Shown piece after piece: positions 50,244-60,127 of a stretch of DNA of 64,000 bases. The stretch comes from an uncultured Muribaculaceae bacterium. Its GTDB lineage: Bacteria > Bacteroidota > Bacteroidia > Bacteroidales > Muribaculaceae. Position 1 is the stretch's first letter. Every line of letters begins with the position of its first letter. The stretch spans positions 2,174 to 66,173 of the forward strand of contig CAJUDL010000014.1 of NCBI GenBank assembly GCA_910585285.1, read 5' to 3'. A program made the position numbers and the translations under genes. Under the pieces are notes generated by a model. The model saw only the letters and a list, made by a program, of their open reading frames with translations. It had not been told where the DNA came from and did not search any database.

Positions 50244-51103
50244 TCGTGATAATCCGTTTCAAGGAAATCATCAGTGCCGGTATAATCAGCATTTTTGACA
50301 TTTACCTCACCGTTGGTCATCGCAGCTAAACGCGCGCTTCTGTTTCGGCGGGTATAATCCTTCTGTTTGAGAAAATTCTTCCGTTTGGAGGTGTATATGT
50401 TCTCTTTTTCATACGGATCCTTCAAAGGTTCGTTACATTTCTGCAGCCCTTTGATAATAAATTTATAATCACCATCAACTGAAGCCGCTTCCATTATTAA
50501 ACCGGGAAGTCCATAAAGTTGCCAGGGACCATCGGGTACAGAAATTTCAGGTGCAAACCATGCCGACCATTTGCGTCCGTGATATTCCGCTTCTGCCATC
50601 TGACACTCGTAACCCATCACATTTTTTGTTGAATCAGTTATCTCCCATACCAGATCATCCATCGGTACCGAATATCTGAAAGCGTCTCCGAAGTTGACAT
50701 CCCATACTGTCATTTTCTCTTCTCCGTAATCTTTAAGACACTTGTACTGACTTTCCCTCATCATCCCCTTTTCCTCTACTATCTGCATTGCATCAGCACC
50801 GGTACGCGTAAACTCTTCAAGAGCCTCATCCCACACAGCCCGATGGATTGCCTTTCCATTGGGATCGTTCACAAGTGAATCCACAAAGAAAGTCTGAGGG
50901 TTGTAATAATAAGAGCTGCCCGGAGCGAGCTGCAAAATCCATTTACTGGTTTCCTCTTTGGGATTGCCCTCTTTATCTGCCAATACGTGGATTGCCTCAT
51001 ATTCTGCCTTGAGAGTCGCGTTTTGCCTATTGCTCGCTGTCTCCTCTGCAGCAACATATCCGGAAACGCCAAAACATAGGAGATATATTATCTGTCTGTT
51101 CAT
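50240..51103 (-). CDS. GLPGLI family protein
   Basis: GYECQMA...GRKWSAWFAPEI...GPWQLYGLPGLIMEA. Confidence 0.92.
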   Translation of the reverse strand: MNRQIIYLLCFGVSGYVAAEETASNRQNATLKAEYEAIHVLADKEGNPKEETSKWILQLAPGSSYYYNPQTFFVDSLVNDPNGKAIHRAVWDEALEEFTRTGADAMQIVEEKGMMRESQYKCLKDYGEEKMTVWDVNFGDAFRYSVPMDDLVWEITDSTKNVMGYECQMAEAEYHGRKWSAWFAPEISVPDGPWQLYGLPGLIMEAASVDGDYKFIIKGLQKCNEPLKDPYEKENIYTSKRKNFLKQKDYTRRNRSARLAAMTNGEVNVKNADYTGTDDFLETDYHE

Positions 51104-51135
51104 ATCAAACATTTTGGCAAAAATAAACAAAAAAG

Positions 51136-51173
51136 CTGAATCGATTATCAACAAATGTTGATAATCGATTCAG
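51136..51173 (-). terminator. Terminator after the DUF805 gene
   Basis: Perfect 18-bp inverted repeat ctgaatcgattatcaaca/tgttgataatcgattcag with T-run on the minus strand. Confidence 0.75.
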
Positions 51174-51218
51174 AAGACAAATATTTTTTCGTTAAAACAA
51201 CTCTCGTATAAAAAAATG

Positions 51219-51590
51219 CTATTCCGGAACACTTCCATATTGGTTGGGAAATGCCTGAGATGGCTGACAACAGAATACGATAAGTATTATGGTACCTACA
51301 ACCGGTATAAAACCGATAAGCCACCACCATCCGCTCTTGCCGGTGTCGTGAAGCCTACGGAAGAGCACACCCAATGACGGCAAAAACAGCAATGCAGACA
51401 CAATATATGAAATGACGGGCAATCCCGAAGGCGAAGACTCATGAATGCTTTGCAATCCGGAGGGAATGCCGAACAAAAGACCGATTATTGCGGTGAAAAG
51501 AATCCACCACCAATACTCACTGCGCGAAGCGCGCCCCGTAAACGTGCAATACTTCGAAAAGCATCTGCTGATTGATTGTCCGAATGTCAT
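51219..51590 (-). CDS. DUF805 inner membrane protein
   Basis: FTGRASRSEYWW, RRLHDTGKSGW, NQYG. Confidence 0.92.
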   Translation of the reverse strand: MTFGQSISRCFSKYCTFTGRASRSEYWWWILFTAIIGLLFGIPSGLQSIHESSPSGLPVISYIVSALLFLPSLGVLFRRLHDTGKSGWWWLIGFIPVVGTIILIVFCCQPSQAFPNQYGSVPE

Positions 51591-51661
51591 AGTTGTAAAT
51601 ATTTTTACAATTATAACCTATATTTACATATTTTTGTTCGCTATACAGACATCGTAATACT

Positions 51662-52588
51662 TCATATCATAGCAACTGCTGAATGATATTTTGCAACGTT
51701 GGATGCTTTCTTGATCGCTTTCCAAGCCTTTCTGCCTATCTCTTCTTCAGCATATTCCCAGAATGGTTTTATCTTCGACAGGATCTGCGAATCGCCGCAC
51801 AGCGTAGATTCATAATGATGAAGCAAACTGCCATGAAACTTCAGCATCTTCTCCAAACGATCTTCCCTGGTCCATTCCTTACCCTCTTCACATTCCACTA
51901 TCAATGACGGACGTCCGAGAACTCCTCTTGCCATCATTACACCCGCAATTTCTGGGAAACGTCTCCGGATATCAACAATGTCACGTGGTGTTTTCAATTC
52001 TCCATTGAATATAACGGGATGCTCACACATTTTCAAGAACTCTTCAAAACAGTCACAATATAGATCCCCTCCATATTGCTGACGGGCAACACGCGGGTGT
52101 AGCGTCACCTGCGTCAAAGGCATATCATTAATCGCATCGATGACTATCTTCCATTCATCCGGTTCGGCATAACCCAGACGCATCTTCAATGAAAACTCTG
52201 TTCCCGGAAACTCTTTAAGTAGTTCCGGAATTTTATGATATTCTTCGGTGTTGCGGATAAAACCTGCGCCACGCCCTTTTGCAGTCTGCAACGGGAAGGG
52301 ACACCCCGTATTAAGGTCGATTCTTCGCGCGCCATTCTTTACAAGTCCTTCCACAAGCGGACGCAATTCAGACATGTCGCGAAAAATCACCTGCGGAACG
52401 ACATAATGATTCTCATTCAGTTCCGACGTGAAATCCTTGAGATCATGTTTTCGGAACTCTCCCCTCTCAAGACGTATAAACGGGGTGTAGTAACATTGAT
52501 TACCACCATATATATCCCTGTGGAAATGCCTCCAGGCAGCATCGGTATGCCCCTGAACCGGAGCCACGTCTATCTTAAACTTTGTCAT
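51662..52588 (-). CDS. tRNA-dihydrouridine synthase family protein
   Basis: DLNTGCP, KMRLG, LHPR, NGEL, MMARG. Confidence 0.92.
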   Translation of the reverse strand: MTKFKIDVAPVQGHTDAAWRHFHRDIYGGNQCYYTPFIRLERGEFRKHDLKDFTSELNENHYVVPQVIFRDMSELRPLVEGLVKNGARRIDLNTGCPFPLQTAKGRGAGFIRNTEEYHKIPELLKEFPGTEFSLKMRLGYAEPDEWKIVIDAINDMPLTQVTLHPRVARQQYGGDLYCDCFEEFLKMCEHPVIFNGELKTPRDIVDIRRRFPEIAGVMMARGVLGRPSLIVECEEGKEWTREDRLEKMLKFHGSLLHHYESTLCGDSQILSKIKPFWEYAEEEIGRKAWKAIKKASNVAKYHSAVAMI

Positions 52589-52590
52589 GA

Positions 52591-52968
52591 TTATTTAGTA
52601 GGTAAAAAAGCAAAAACCACGGCTGCAACAAGGCATAGATACGACATTGCGTGATTCCACTGGAATTTCTGACCCTGAAAACATATTACCGCAATGATGG
52701 TGAAGACAGTAAGCGTGATCACCTCCTGAATGACTTTCAATTGAAATAGTGAAAACGGACCTCCGTTATCCTTGAATCCGATTTTATTCGCAGGAACCAT
52801 AAAACAATATTCAAGCAGGGCTATACCCCAGGAAAACAATATGACCACAAACAATGGCCAGTTTTTCGATATTCCGCTGGCACTTAGTTTGAGATGTCCA
52901 TACCATGCAAATGTCATAAAGACGTTAGAAATAACCAATAATAAAACTGTTATTAATGCCGCTTTCAT
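52591..52968 (-). CDS. DMT family protein (DUF486)
   Basis: SNVFMTFAWYGHL, SWGIALLEY, QLKVIQEVITL. Confidence 0.9.
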   Translation of the reverse strand: MKAALITVLLLVISNVFMTFAWYGHLKLSASGISKNWPLFVVILFSWGIALLEYCFMVPANKIGFKDNGGPFSLFQLKVIQEVITLTVFTIIAVICFQGQKFQWNHAMSYLCLVAAVVFAFLPTK

Positions 52969-53069
52969 TGTTGTGTAACAAGTTATTCGAAAATATTTGA
53001 CAAAATTACAATTAATTTTTTGTAATTTTGCAAACGAACATATGAAAAGGATATAATTTTTCATTAATC

Positions 53070-54275
53070 ATGAATATTCAAGAGATTGTAAAAGATATAT
53101 TTTATGTTGGGGTCAACGACCGAGTTAAACATAAATTCGAAGCGCTGTGGCCACTCCCTTACGGTGTAAGCTACAATTCCTACATTGTGGCAGGAACTGA
53201 AAAGCTGGCTCTTATCGACACTGTATGTATCGAAGAGGTTCGCGAATATTTCAACAACATCAATTCTATAGCAGGAAGCCGTCGTATCGACTATCTTGTT
53301 ATCAACCATATGGAACCCGATCACTCCGGCTCCATACCGGAAATAGTGCTTGCATATCCCGATATAAAGATTGTCGGAAATTCAAAGACCATTGACATGA
53401 TAAAGGGGTTTTACCACATCGATGATCCCGAAAGATATCTTGAAGTAAAGGATGGCGACACTATCGACCTAGGTGAACATACGTTGAAATTCTATCTCAC
53501 CCCTATGGTCCACTGGCCCGAGACGATGATGACATATGTCGAAGATCTCAAGGTGCTTTTTTCCGGAGATGCGTTCGGCACGTTCGGTGCTCTCAACGGG
53601 GCGGTGATTGACCGTGATATGGAAACTGATGTTTACGTAGCGGAGATGTATCGTTATTATTCCAACATTGTGGGTAAATACGGACGCTTCGTGCAAAAGG
53701 CGATCGAAAAACTCTCTGGTCTCGAGTTCTCTTACATTTGTTCTACTCACGGTCCCGTATGGAATGAAAAAATTCCTGAAATCGTTGAACTTTATTCACG
53801 CCTTGCAGCTTATAAAAGTGAACCGGGCGTTGTGATCGTTTACGGATCAATGTATGGCAACACTGCTGAAGTGGCTGAGATGATAGCACGAGAGATTTCA
53901 GCCCTGGGGGTGAAGCGCATAATTATACACAATGCATCGCATTCAGATATGAGCGACATGATTACCGACGCGTTCCGTTACGAAACACTCATCGTTGGTT
54001 CGGCAACATATTCAATGCGCCTTTTCCCGCCTGTCGAAACATTCATGAATGCAATGGAGACTCGCGAAATAAAAAACAAGGTGTTTGCGACTTTCGGCAA
54101 CTTCACGTGGGCACCTGGTGCCGTTACGGGCAAGTTGAATGAGTATTCCGAACGCATGAAACTCCCTGTCTGCACTTCAATGCTCATAAAACAGTCTTCA
54201 GGTGCCACCACCCCGGATGAGGTGCGTGAATTTGCTCGCATGGTCGTGAATGCCATGGAGGCAAAAGAGAAATAG
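53070..54275 (+). CDS. fprA: Flavodiiron protein (FprA family)
   Basis: HMEPDHSG, HWPE, SGDAFG, YGSMYGNT flavodoxin loop. Confidence 0.93.
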   Translation: MNIQEIVKDIFYVGVNDRVKHKFEALWPLPYGVSYNSYIVAGTEKLALIDTVCIEEVREYFNNINSIAGSRRIDYLVINHMEPDHSGSIPEIVLAYPDIKIVGNSKTIDMIKGFYHIDDPERYLEVKDGDTIDLGEHTLKFYLTPMVHWPETMMTYVEDLKVLFSGDAFGTFGALNGAVIDRDMETDVYVAEMYRYYSNIVGKYGRFVQKAIEKLSGLEFSYICSTHGPVWNEKIPEIVELYSRLAAYKSEPGVVIVYGSMYGNTAEVAEMIAREISALGVKRIIIHNASHSDMSDMITDAFRYETLIVGSATYSMRLFPPVETFMNAMETREIKNKVFATFGNFTWAPGAVTGKLNEYSERMKLPVCTSMLIKQSSGATTPDEVREFARMVVNAMEAKEK

Positions 54276-54287
54276 ATCTGAGTCATT

Positions 54288-54911
54288 ATGGATATTAAAG
54301 AGGAGAAAGAGGTATTGGAAATAGAATCCCATCCGTGGCCACCTTTCATTCCGGAAGGTGCAAAAGTGCTTATTATGGGAACTTTTCCACCGCAATCAAA
54401 GCGATGGAACATGGATTTCTATTATCCTAATCGCACTAATGATTTCTGGAAAATATGCGGGCTGCTTTTTTGTGGCAACAAAGATGCACTTCTTAAGGAA
54501 GACGGCAAGAATTATGATGTCAACAAGATTCGCGAACTGATGACCGACAAACATATCGCGCTTAATGACACTGTCAGAAAAGCCCGCAGATTGAAAGGAA
54601 ACGCAAGCGACAAGTTTCTTGATGTCGTAGAACCAGTGCCACTCTTCACTCTTCTCTCCGAGATGCCGGAATGTCAAACTGTTGTTACAACCGGAGAAAA
54701 GGCAGCCGGAATAATTGCAGAGCTTACGAACACAGAAATCCCCAAAATGGGAGAAATGGTCACAGCTTCCATTCCTGCCCGTGATGGCAGCGATAGTAAT
54801 GAAATCCTTGAAATATGGCGCATGCCTTCTACCAGTCGTGCATATCCCCTCGCCGTGGAGCGTAAAGCCGAATATTACGGGCGCATGTTCCGTCATCTCC
54901 ACATCCTATGA
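54288..54911 (+). CDS. Uracil-DNA glycosylase superfamily protein (MUG-like)
   Basis: LIMGTFPP, FYYPN..NDFW, MPSTSRA. Confidence 0.85.
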   Translation: MDIKEEKEVLEIESHPWPPFIPEGAKVLIMGTFPPQSKRWNMDFYYPNRTNDFWKICGLLFCGNKDALLKEDGKNYDVNKIRELMTDKHIALNDTVRKARRLKGNASDKFLDVVEPVPLFTLLSEMPECQTVVTTGEKAAGIIAELTNTEIPKMGEMVTASIPARDGSDSNEILEIWRMPSTSRAYPLAVERKAEYYGRMFRHLHIL

Positions 54912-54967
54912 CACAATTAAACATTACACATTGAAAATTACTCATTACACATTAAACATTAAACGAA

Positions 54968-55639
54968 GTGCTTGACATGATACCTTTGGCGATCTTTGAC
55001 GCCAGTGAATTTTTCCAATGGTTTGTTGACCATGCGAGTTATCTTTTTGTATTCATCTTTATGGTGATAGAAAGCAGTTTCATACCCTTTCCATCTGAGG
55101 TAATTGTCCCACCTGCCGCTTATCTGGCTTGCACCAACACCGGAGTTGGCAGCAATATGAATATTTTCATGGTCGTTGTCGTGGCAACCCTTGGAGCTCT
55201 TGTTGGAGCATTTATTAATTATTACCTCGCACTTTGGATTGGACGCCCTGTAGTGTATCGTTTTGCGGACAGCCGTCTGGGTCATGCGTGCCTGATCGAC
55301 AGGGCGAAGGTTGACAAGGCTGAGAAATATTTCGACAAACATGGCGCGGTCTCCACATTTGTTGGCAGACTTATTCCAGCCATACGCCAGCTTATATCAA
55401 TCCCCGCAGGAATATCCAGAATGAATGTGGCTCAATTCGCCATCTTCACATCTCTTGGGGCATTAGTTTGGAACGCTATACTTGCAGGCTTAGGCTACTG
55501 GCTCTCCCTTCACGTATCTCCCGATATGCTCTTTGAGAAGGTAGAAGAATACAACCGCTATCTCACCTGGGCAGGCTACGGACTCTTTGCAATCTGCGTG
55601 ATCTATATCCTGTACAACGCTTTCCGCAAAAAGAAATAG
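54968..55639 (+). CDS. DedA family membrane protein
   Basis: IESSFIPFPSE, GRLIPAIRQLISIPAG. Confidence 0.92.
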   Translation: MLDMIPLAIFDASEFFQWFVDHASYLFVFIFMVIESSFIPFPSEVIVPPAAYLACTNTGVGSNMNIFMVVVVATLGALVGAFINYYLALWIGRPVVYRFADSRLGHACLIDRAKVDKAEKYFDKHGAVSTFVGRLIPAIRQLISIPAGISRMNVAQFAIFTSLGALVWNAILAGLGYWLSLHVSPDMLFEKVEEYNRYLTWAGYGLFAICVIYILYNAFRKKK

Positions 55640-55650
55640 AATTACATAAA

Positions 55651-55780
55651 AGAGTTTATCAGATGCAAATATGACTGAGCGGATATTTATTCCCATCAAA
55701 CAAATAAACTCATAAACTGCATACCGAGCGATTAAACTTATAAACTTATAAACTTCAACTTTCCGCTTGCGAAAGTTGAA
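55651..55780. repeat. Family A octamer/palindrome element, copy 2
   Basis: 55697-55780 aligns with the reverse complement of 21996-22070. Confidence 0.8.
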
Positions 55781-55790
55781 TTAACAAAAT

Positions 55791-55827
55791 AAAATCGATT
55801 TATCCTTATCCGATAAATCGATTTTTT
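55791..55827. terminator. Bidirectional terminator between dedA and the XRE gene
   Basis: aaaatcgatttatc-N7-gataaatcgatttt. Confidence 0.7.
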
Positions 55828-55835
55828 ATTTTCAG

Positions 55836-55878
55836 GCGAAGCTGGTTGAGTGAAGGCTCCTTGGTGCTTCGTATGTCG
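55836..55878 (-). repeat. Family B 43-bp repeat, copy 2
   Basis: 37/43 identical to 23172-23214; 7 nt past the XRE gene stop. Confidence 0.8.
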
Positions 55879-55885
55879 ACAGAAT

Positions 55886-56398
55886 CTATTTCCCCGGATA
55901 AAACGTCTCAAAGGTAGAATCGTCGTAATAAACGGTGATCTGGACAACTTTTCGGGGATTTTTACGCATTTTTTCTATTTCCCTCTGAAGTTCCGAGTTT
56001 TTTAAATCTGCCTGAATCCCGTTATTCATACGGGATGAAGCAATATTTTGACCTTCATTTAACGCCGCGAGAGTGGAATATTTGTCAAAATCCGACTCTC
56101 TGGGCGAGTTTTTAGGCTGCTCGCTAAATAAATTAGGAAGTCCATCTTCAGACTGCTCTTCATTCGGCAAGGGCATCAACATTTCCCCTTCACCAAACAA
56201 AAGCCACAAGACCGATAGGCGAGGGAACGCCGTGTGAATCTGTCCGACTATGACATCGGATATTTTCTTATTTCTCCCTGTTAGGATCTGTGAAAGGCTT
56301 GGACGAGGGATGCCGCACTGATCAGCAAACTGAGAGTTGGTAAGACCCATCTCATCCATGAACCCTTTTAGACGAATTGCAACATTATCCTCAATCAT
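55886..56398 (-). CDS. XRE-family HTH protein with C-terminal ITVYYDDSTFETF motif
   Basis: FADQCGIPRPSLSQILTGRNK HTH, WLLFGEGEM. Confidence 0.85.
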   Translation of the reverse strand: MIEDNVAIRLKGFMDEMGLTNSQFADQCGIPRPSLSQILTGRNKKISDVIVGQIHTAFPRLSVLWLLFGEGEMLMPLPNEEQSEDGLPNLFSEQPKNSPRESDFDKYSTLAALNEGQNIASSRMNNGIQADLKNSELQREIEKMRKNPRKVVQITVYYDDSTFETFYPGK

Positions 56399-57087
56399 AA
56401 GCCGTTTTTTGATTTATAAATTCAGACTGCAAATGTAACTATTTATTTGCAAATTGCAAATTCTAAACAGCAAATTTTAAAATTTAATTCTTTGAATTTA
56501 TCTTTTACCAATGTAATTTACAATTTGCAATCATATATGTAAATCTTCTAATACTCATAGGTTTAATGCAATTATCAACTATTATTCAGCAATATAGTTG
56601 CAATTAAACAATATGCGCCGTATTAAATTCTAAATAATAGACAAATTCCATCAATCTACTTTAACATTTTATTATAACATACATTAAATCATATATTTAA
56701 TATCAATGTTAATGGATATTAACGACCATTATTTGCATTTTAATTCAATTTGCAATTAATAATTTTAATGTATTTGCATTATAATATCTTCAAATAGCTC
56801 CAAAATATGAATTATGATTTGTTATTTACATACGGAACAACAGCAGCGATTTACAGAAATTAATTCAAATATCTACATCCATTATTGTAAATAGGCTGGC
56901 TGTTTGAATTTCTCATTATCATTATGTTCCAATTTGACCAATTTGCAAATCACTCAATTAACCGCTCCCTCATCTATTTTTTTAAATAGAAATTTTTCTG
57001 AGCATCTTTTACGCGAGAGTTCTGTAAACCCGTATAATCAATCATATTTTGATACATATTCAATTCTCAAAGCCTTATTTACATAAC

Positions 57088-57131
57088 AAAACAGAGGTAA
57101 AATCCCCATATCCATGATTTTACCTCTGTTT
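57088..57131 (-). terminator. Terminator downstream of the GNAT gene
   Basis: aaacagaggtaaaatc/gattttacctctgttt 16-bp stem. Confidence 0.7.
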
Positions 57132-57194
57132 GCAAATTTTAATTTAAATTCTCAAATTAGAAAATTATATTTGAAATTTCAATTTTCATAGTTT

Positions 57195-58469
57195 CTAATC
57201 GAGCATAAGGTTGATCGTTCCTGCCAATGGAGGAAGAGAAAGCACCTCCTCTATTATTGGATCGGAATCAGGACGACGGAATAATATCTCCGCCACTTCT
57301 TTTCGATTCATGACATCAACAGGATTTTCCGATTCACCATCTGCAGAAGATATTTCTTCGTAATACAATTTTCCATCTTTAGCTCGGAATCTCTCAAATT
57401 TACCGTTTTTATCATTTTTCACGAGAATCGAATATTTTAAATCGCTCCTCTCTCCGGCTTGAAATTTTAGAATCTCGTGAAGATTCAAAATTCGAGCCAT
57501 CCCATACACTTCCGAATGGGCAACCGGATCATATACGCGTTCACTCATACCAACAGCTCCGGCAGCCGGAGCCTCCGGCAAAGCCGCGCCATAATATGGC
57601 GACCAGAGTCCTGAAGATTCCGACTTCACAGGATAGCGACAAAGCGTTATGCCACGCAAAGGATAATCCTTTTTGATTTCACTTAACATCCGATAATAAC
57701 TACACCTGTCGGCGGCAATAAGAAGATAGACCGATACGGTATTCTCACAGATGGCAGTAAAAGCGACTCCGGTTATCCGGTTTTCATAATTCAGACAATA
57801 ATATAAGCAGCCCTCGGAAATGATACATTCTTTGATTGCCACAGAAAGATCTTTGGAACTATGCAAGATCCCCAGATCTTTTCCTGAAAGTTCCCATTCC
57901 ATTATATAGGATATGACACGATCGATCTCGTCTTCCGTTAATACAGGCATATGAGATATCTTCTTACATATGATCCGTTCGCAATAGCGCCGTTTTATTC
58001 CGCTCACCCTATCATCTTCTCCATTCAGTATGTTTTCATATTCGAGGTTAAAATCGTGAACAGACGTATATCGATCCTTTATACGATAAAATGCATTTAC
58101 AAACCCATGATCTTTATAATACCGTTGCAATCCTACATCAGCAGGAATAAGAAACAAGAATGAATATTCGGAGGTCAGCATCCTCTCGGCGAGCCTGTCT
58201 ATCATGCCGCTCATGATACCCTTTCTGCGATACTCCGGATCAGTGGCAAGTCCACATAGATACAAACCATGCAACCGGTTCCTCCCGTTTCCAAAACAAT
58301 ACGGCACAGCCATCATTGCAGACACAACTCGCCCGTCTCTCTCTTCATATTCCACAAATTCGGGATTGAAATACGCATCAAAAACGAGATTTATATATTC
58401 ATCGGAATCATGGAAAGTATCCTTCCACAATCGCATCATTTCTTTTCTTATATCGGCATCATTCATCAT
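57195..58469 (-). CDS. GNAT (Eis-like) acetyltransferase
   Basis: LWKDTFHDS, LATDPEYRRKGIM, LIPA...YY...GF, C-terminal NLMLD. Confidence 0.85.
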   Translation of the reverse strand: MMNDADIRKEMMRLWKDTFHDSDEYINLVFDAYFNPEFVEYEERDGRVVSAMMAVPYCFGNGRNRLHGLYLCGLATDPEYRRKGIMSGMIDRLAERMLTSEYSFLFLIPADVGLQRYYKDHGFVNAFYRIKDRYTSVHDFNLEYENILNGEDDRVSGIKRRYCERIICKKISHMPVLTEDEIDRVISYIMEWELSGKDLGILHSSKDLSVAIKECIISEGCLYYCLNYENRITGVAFTAICENTVSVYLLIAADRCSYYRMLSEIKKDYPLRGITLCRYPVKSESSGLWSPYYGAALPEAPAAGAVGMSERVYDPVAHSEVYGMARILNLHEILKFQAGERSDLKYSILVKNDKNGKFERFRAKDGKLYYEEISSADGESENPVDVMNRKEVAEILFRRPDSDPIIEEVLSLPPLAGTINLMLD

Positions 58470-58635
58470 AAAAGATATTGACAAGTGTTTGTTAGATATA
58501 TTAGAGATAGAAGTTAAATACTTGCATCCATTCCTTATCAAGAAAACATGTTTTTACCGATATTTGTTTCAAAAAAATTCGGATCGATATTGAGAATATC
58601 GACCCGAATTATTCATGATTGATTCGAAATAACGG

Positions 58636-58806
58636 TTAGAGGAGTTTACGATGCTCATGTTTCTCGATGGCACGATGAACTTTATGAATTTCCTTCACCA
58701 TGCATACCCCCACAGCAACAGTTGCTGCAGAAAGAACAACTTTCGCAATCTTCAATCCTAATTTCACGCCATAATGACAATGGCTATGTTCATTCTCGTG
58801 ACTCAT
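58636..58806 (-). CDS. Small His-rich membrane-associated protein (56 aa), absent from the ORF track
   Basis: MSHENEHSHCHYGVKLGLKIAKVVLSAATVAVGVCMVKEIHKVHRAIEKHEHRKLL; A-rich upstream region; terminator-like hairpin at ~58576-58610. Confidence 0.7.
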   Translation of the reverse strand: MSHENEHSHCHYGVKLGLKIAKVVLSAATVAVGVCMVKEIHKVHRAIEKHEHRKLL

Positions 58807-58983
58807 AATAATTGTGTTTTTTATAGTTAAAATTAAGCCATATCGGAGCCGGATATTTGAAATCTTCCGAAAACCGAATTCATCTATAAGAACACCCCTA
58901 ATCTTTCTTTAGTTCATTCGAACTTTTTATATGGTCAATGTATTTTACTATAAAGGAAATTCCACAAAGGGAAAGTGTTAACT

Positions 58984-60081
58984 ATGTCTAATCATCGACC
59001 CATAACGTTCGACCGTGTGATTCGGGTGCTTGTAACGCTCGCTGTGCTCGGCGTGGCGATATGGCTGATCGACATATTGCGCAACGTGCTGCTCCCGTTT
59101 TGCGTGGCATGCCTGATTTCATATCTGCTCGAACCCGTGGTGGAATTCCAGCAGAAACATCTGCATCTCAAACACCGGTTTATTCCGGTGCTCCTCACCC
59201 TTCTTGAAGCGACCTTGATCGTCGGTGCACTCGCCTATTTTTTCATCCCTTCAGCTATTGATGAAATCACTCAGCTGGATGCCATAGTGAAGACAACCTC
59301 CGCCAACGATGCAGCATCCTCCATTCTGCCCCCGGAGATTTATGAATACTTTAAAAGGTATTTCAGCTACGAAAACATATCGCAGTATCTGAGTGGAAGC
59401 CGCATTGAAGCCGTGCTCAATAAAAGCACAACGGTGCTTGCTGCCACTATTGATTTTCTCATGCACACAATAGAATGGCTTCTGACATTCATATACGTGA
59501 TATTCATCCTCCTCGACTATAAACGTCTGATGCGAGGTTTCAGACTCGCCGTGCCGCCTAAATATCGTAAAAAGACATATCCCGTGCTCGACGACATAAA
59601 GGATAATATGGACCGATATTTCCGCAGCCAGGCAGTAATTGCAGGCTGCGCCGCAATATTTTATTGCATTGGATTCTCAATCGTTGGTCTGCCACTCTCA
59701 ATTGTGATGGGAATAACGGTAGGGATTTTGTACATGATACCATATTTTCAGTATGTCACCCTTATTCCTGTGATAATACTGTGTTATATCTATTCCATGA
59801 CGGGAGCTTGCGAATTCTGGCCCGAATTTGGGAAATGTATCGCTGTTTACGTCATAAGCCAATGCATATGCGACTATCTCCTCACCCCGAAGATAATGGG
59901 CAAATCCCTCGGCATGAATCCGGCAATAATCCTCCTCTCTTTATCCGTCTGGGGCACGTTGCTGGGCATAATCGGCATGATAATCGCTCTCCCCGTCACT
60001 GCCCTTTTGATTGCTTATTATAAGCAATATGTCCTCGCCGAGCCGTCCGACTCAACAGAGCCCGCTCCCCCATCCCCATAA
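58984..60081 (+). CDS. AI-2E family transporter
   Basis: LLPF..A.LISYLLEP, YFRSQ, IPY, LTPKIMGKSLGMNP, GMIIALP. Confidence 0.92.
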   Translation: MSNHRPITFDRVIRVLVTLAVLGVAIWLIDILRNVLLPFCVACLISYLLEPVVEFQQKHLHLKHRFIPVLLTLLEATLIVGALAYFFIPSAIDEITQLDAIVKTTSANDAASSILPPEIYEYFKRYFSYENISQYLSGSRIEAVLNKSTTVLAATIDFLMHTIEWLLTFIYVIFILLDYKRLMRGFRLAVPPKYRKKTYPVLDDIKDNMDRYFRSQAVIAGCAAIFYCIGFSIVGLPLSIVMGITVGILYMIPYFQYVTLIPVIILCYIYSMTGACEFWPEFGKCIAVYVISQCICDYLLTPKIMGKSLGMNPAIILLSLSVWGTLLGIIGMIIALPVTALLIAYYKQYVLAEPSDSTEPAPPSP

Positions 60082-60127
60082 ATCCCCATTCAGCCCCATT
60101 TAGCCCCATTTTTAAACACAAAAACAT

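Noticed and set aside
56400..57190. Firm oriC call; 60-aa ORF 56904-57086
   Set aside because: No canonical TTATCCACA DnaA boxes seen. The ORF has a TTG start and low-information composition.
60071..60110. Four 10-nt CCCCAT-containing tandem units at the AI-2E stop
   Set aside because: Short degenerate microsatellite with no second copy or evident function.
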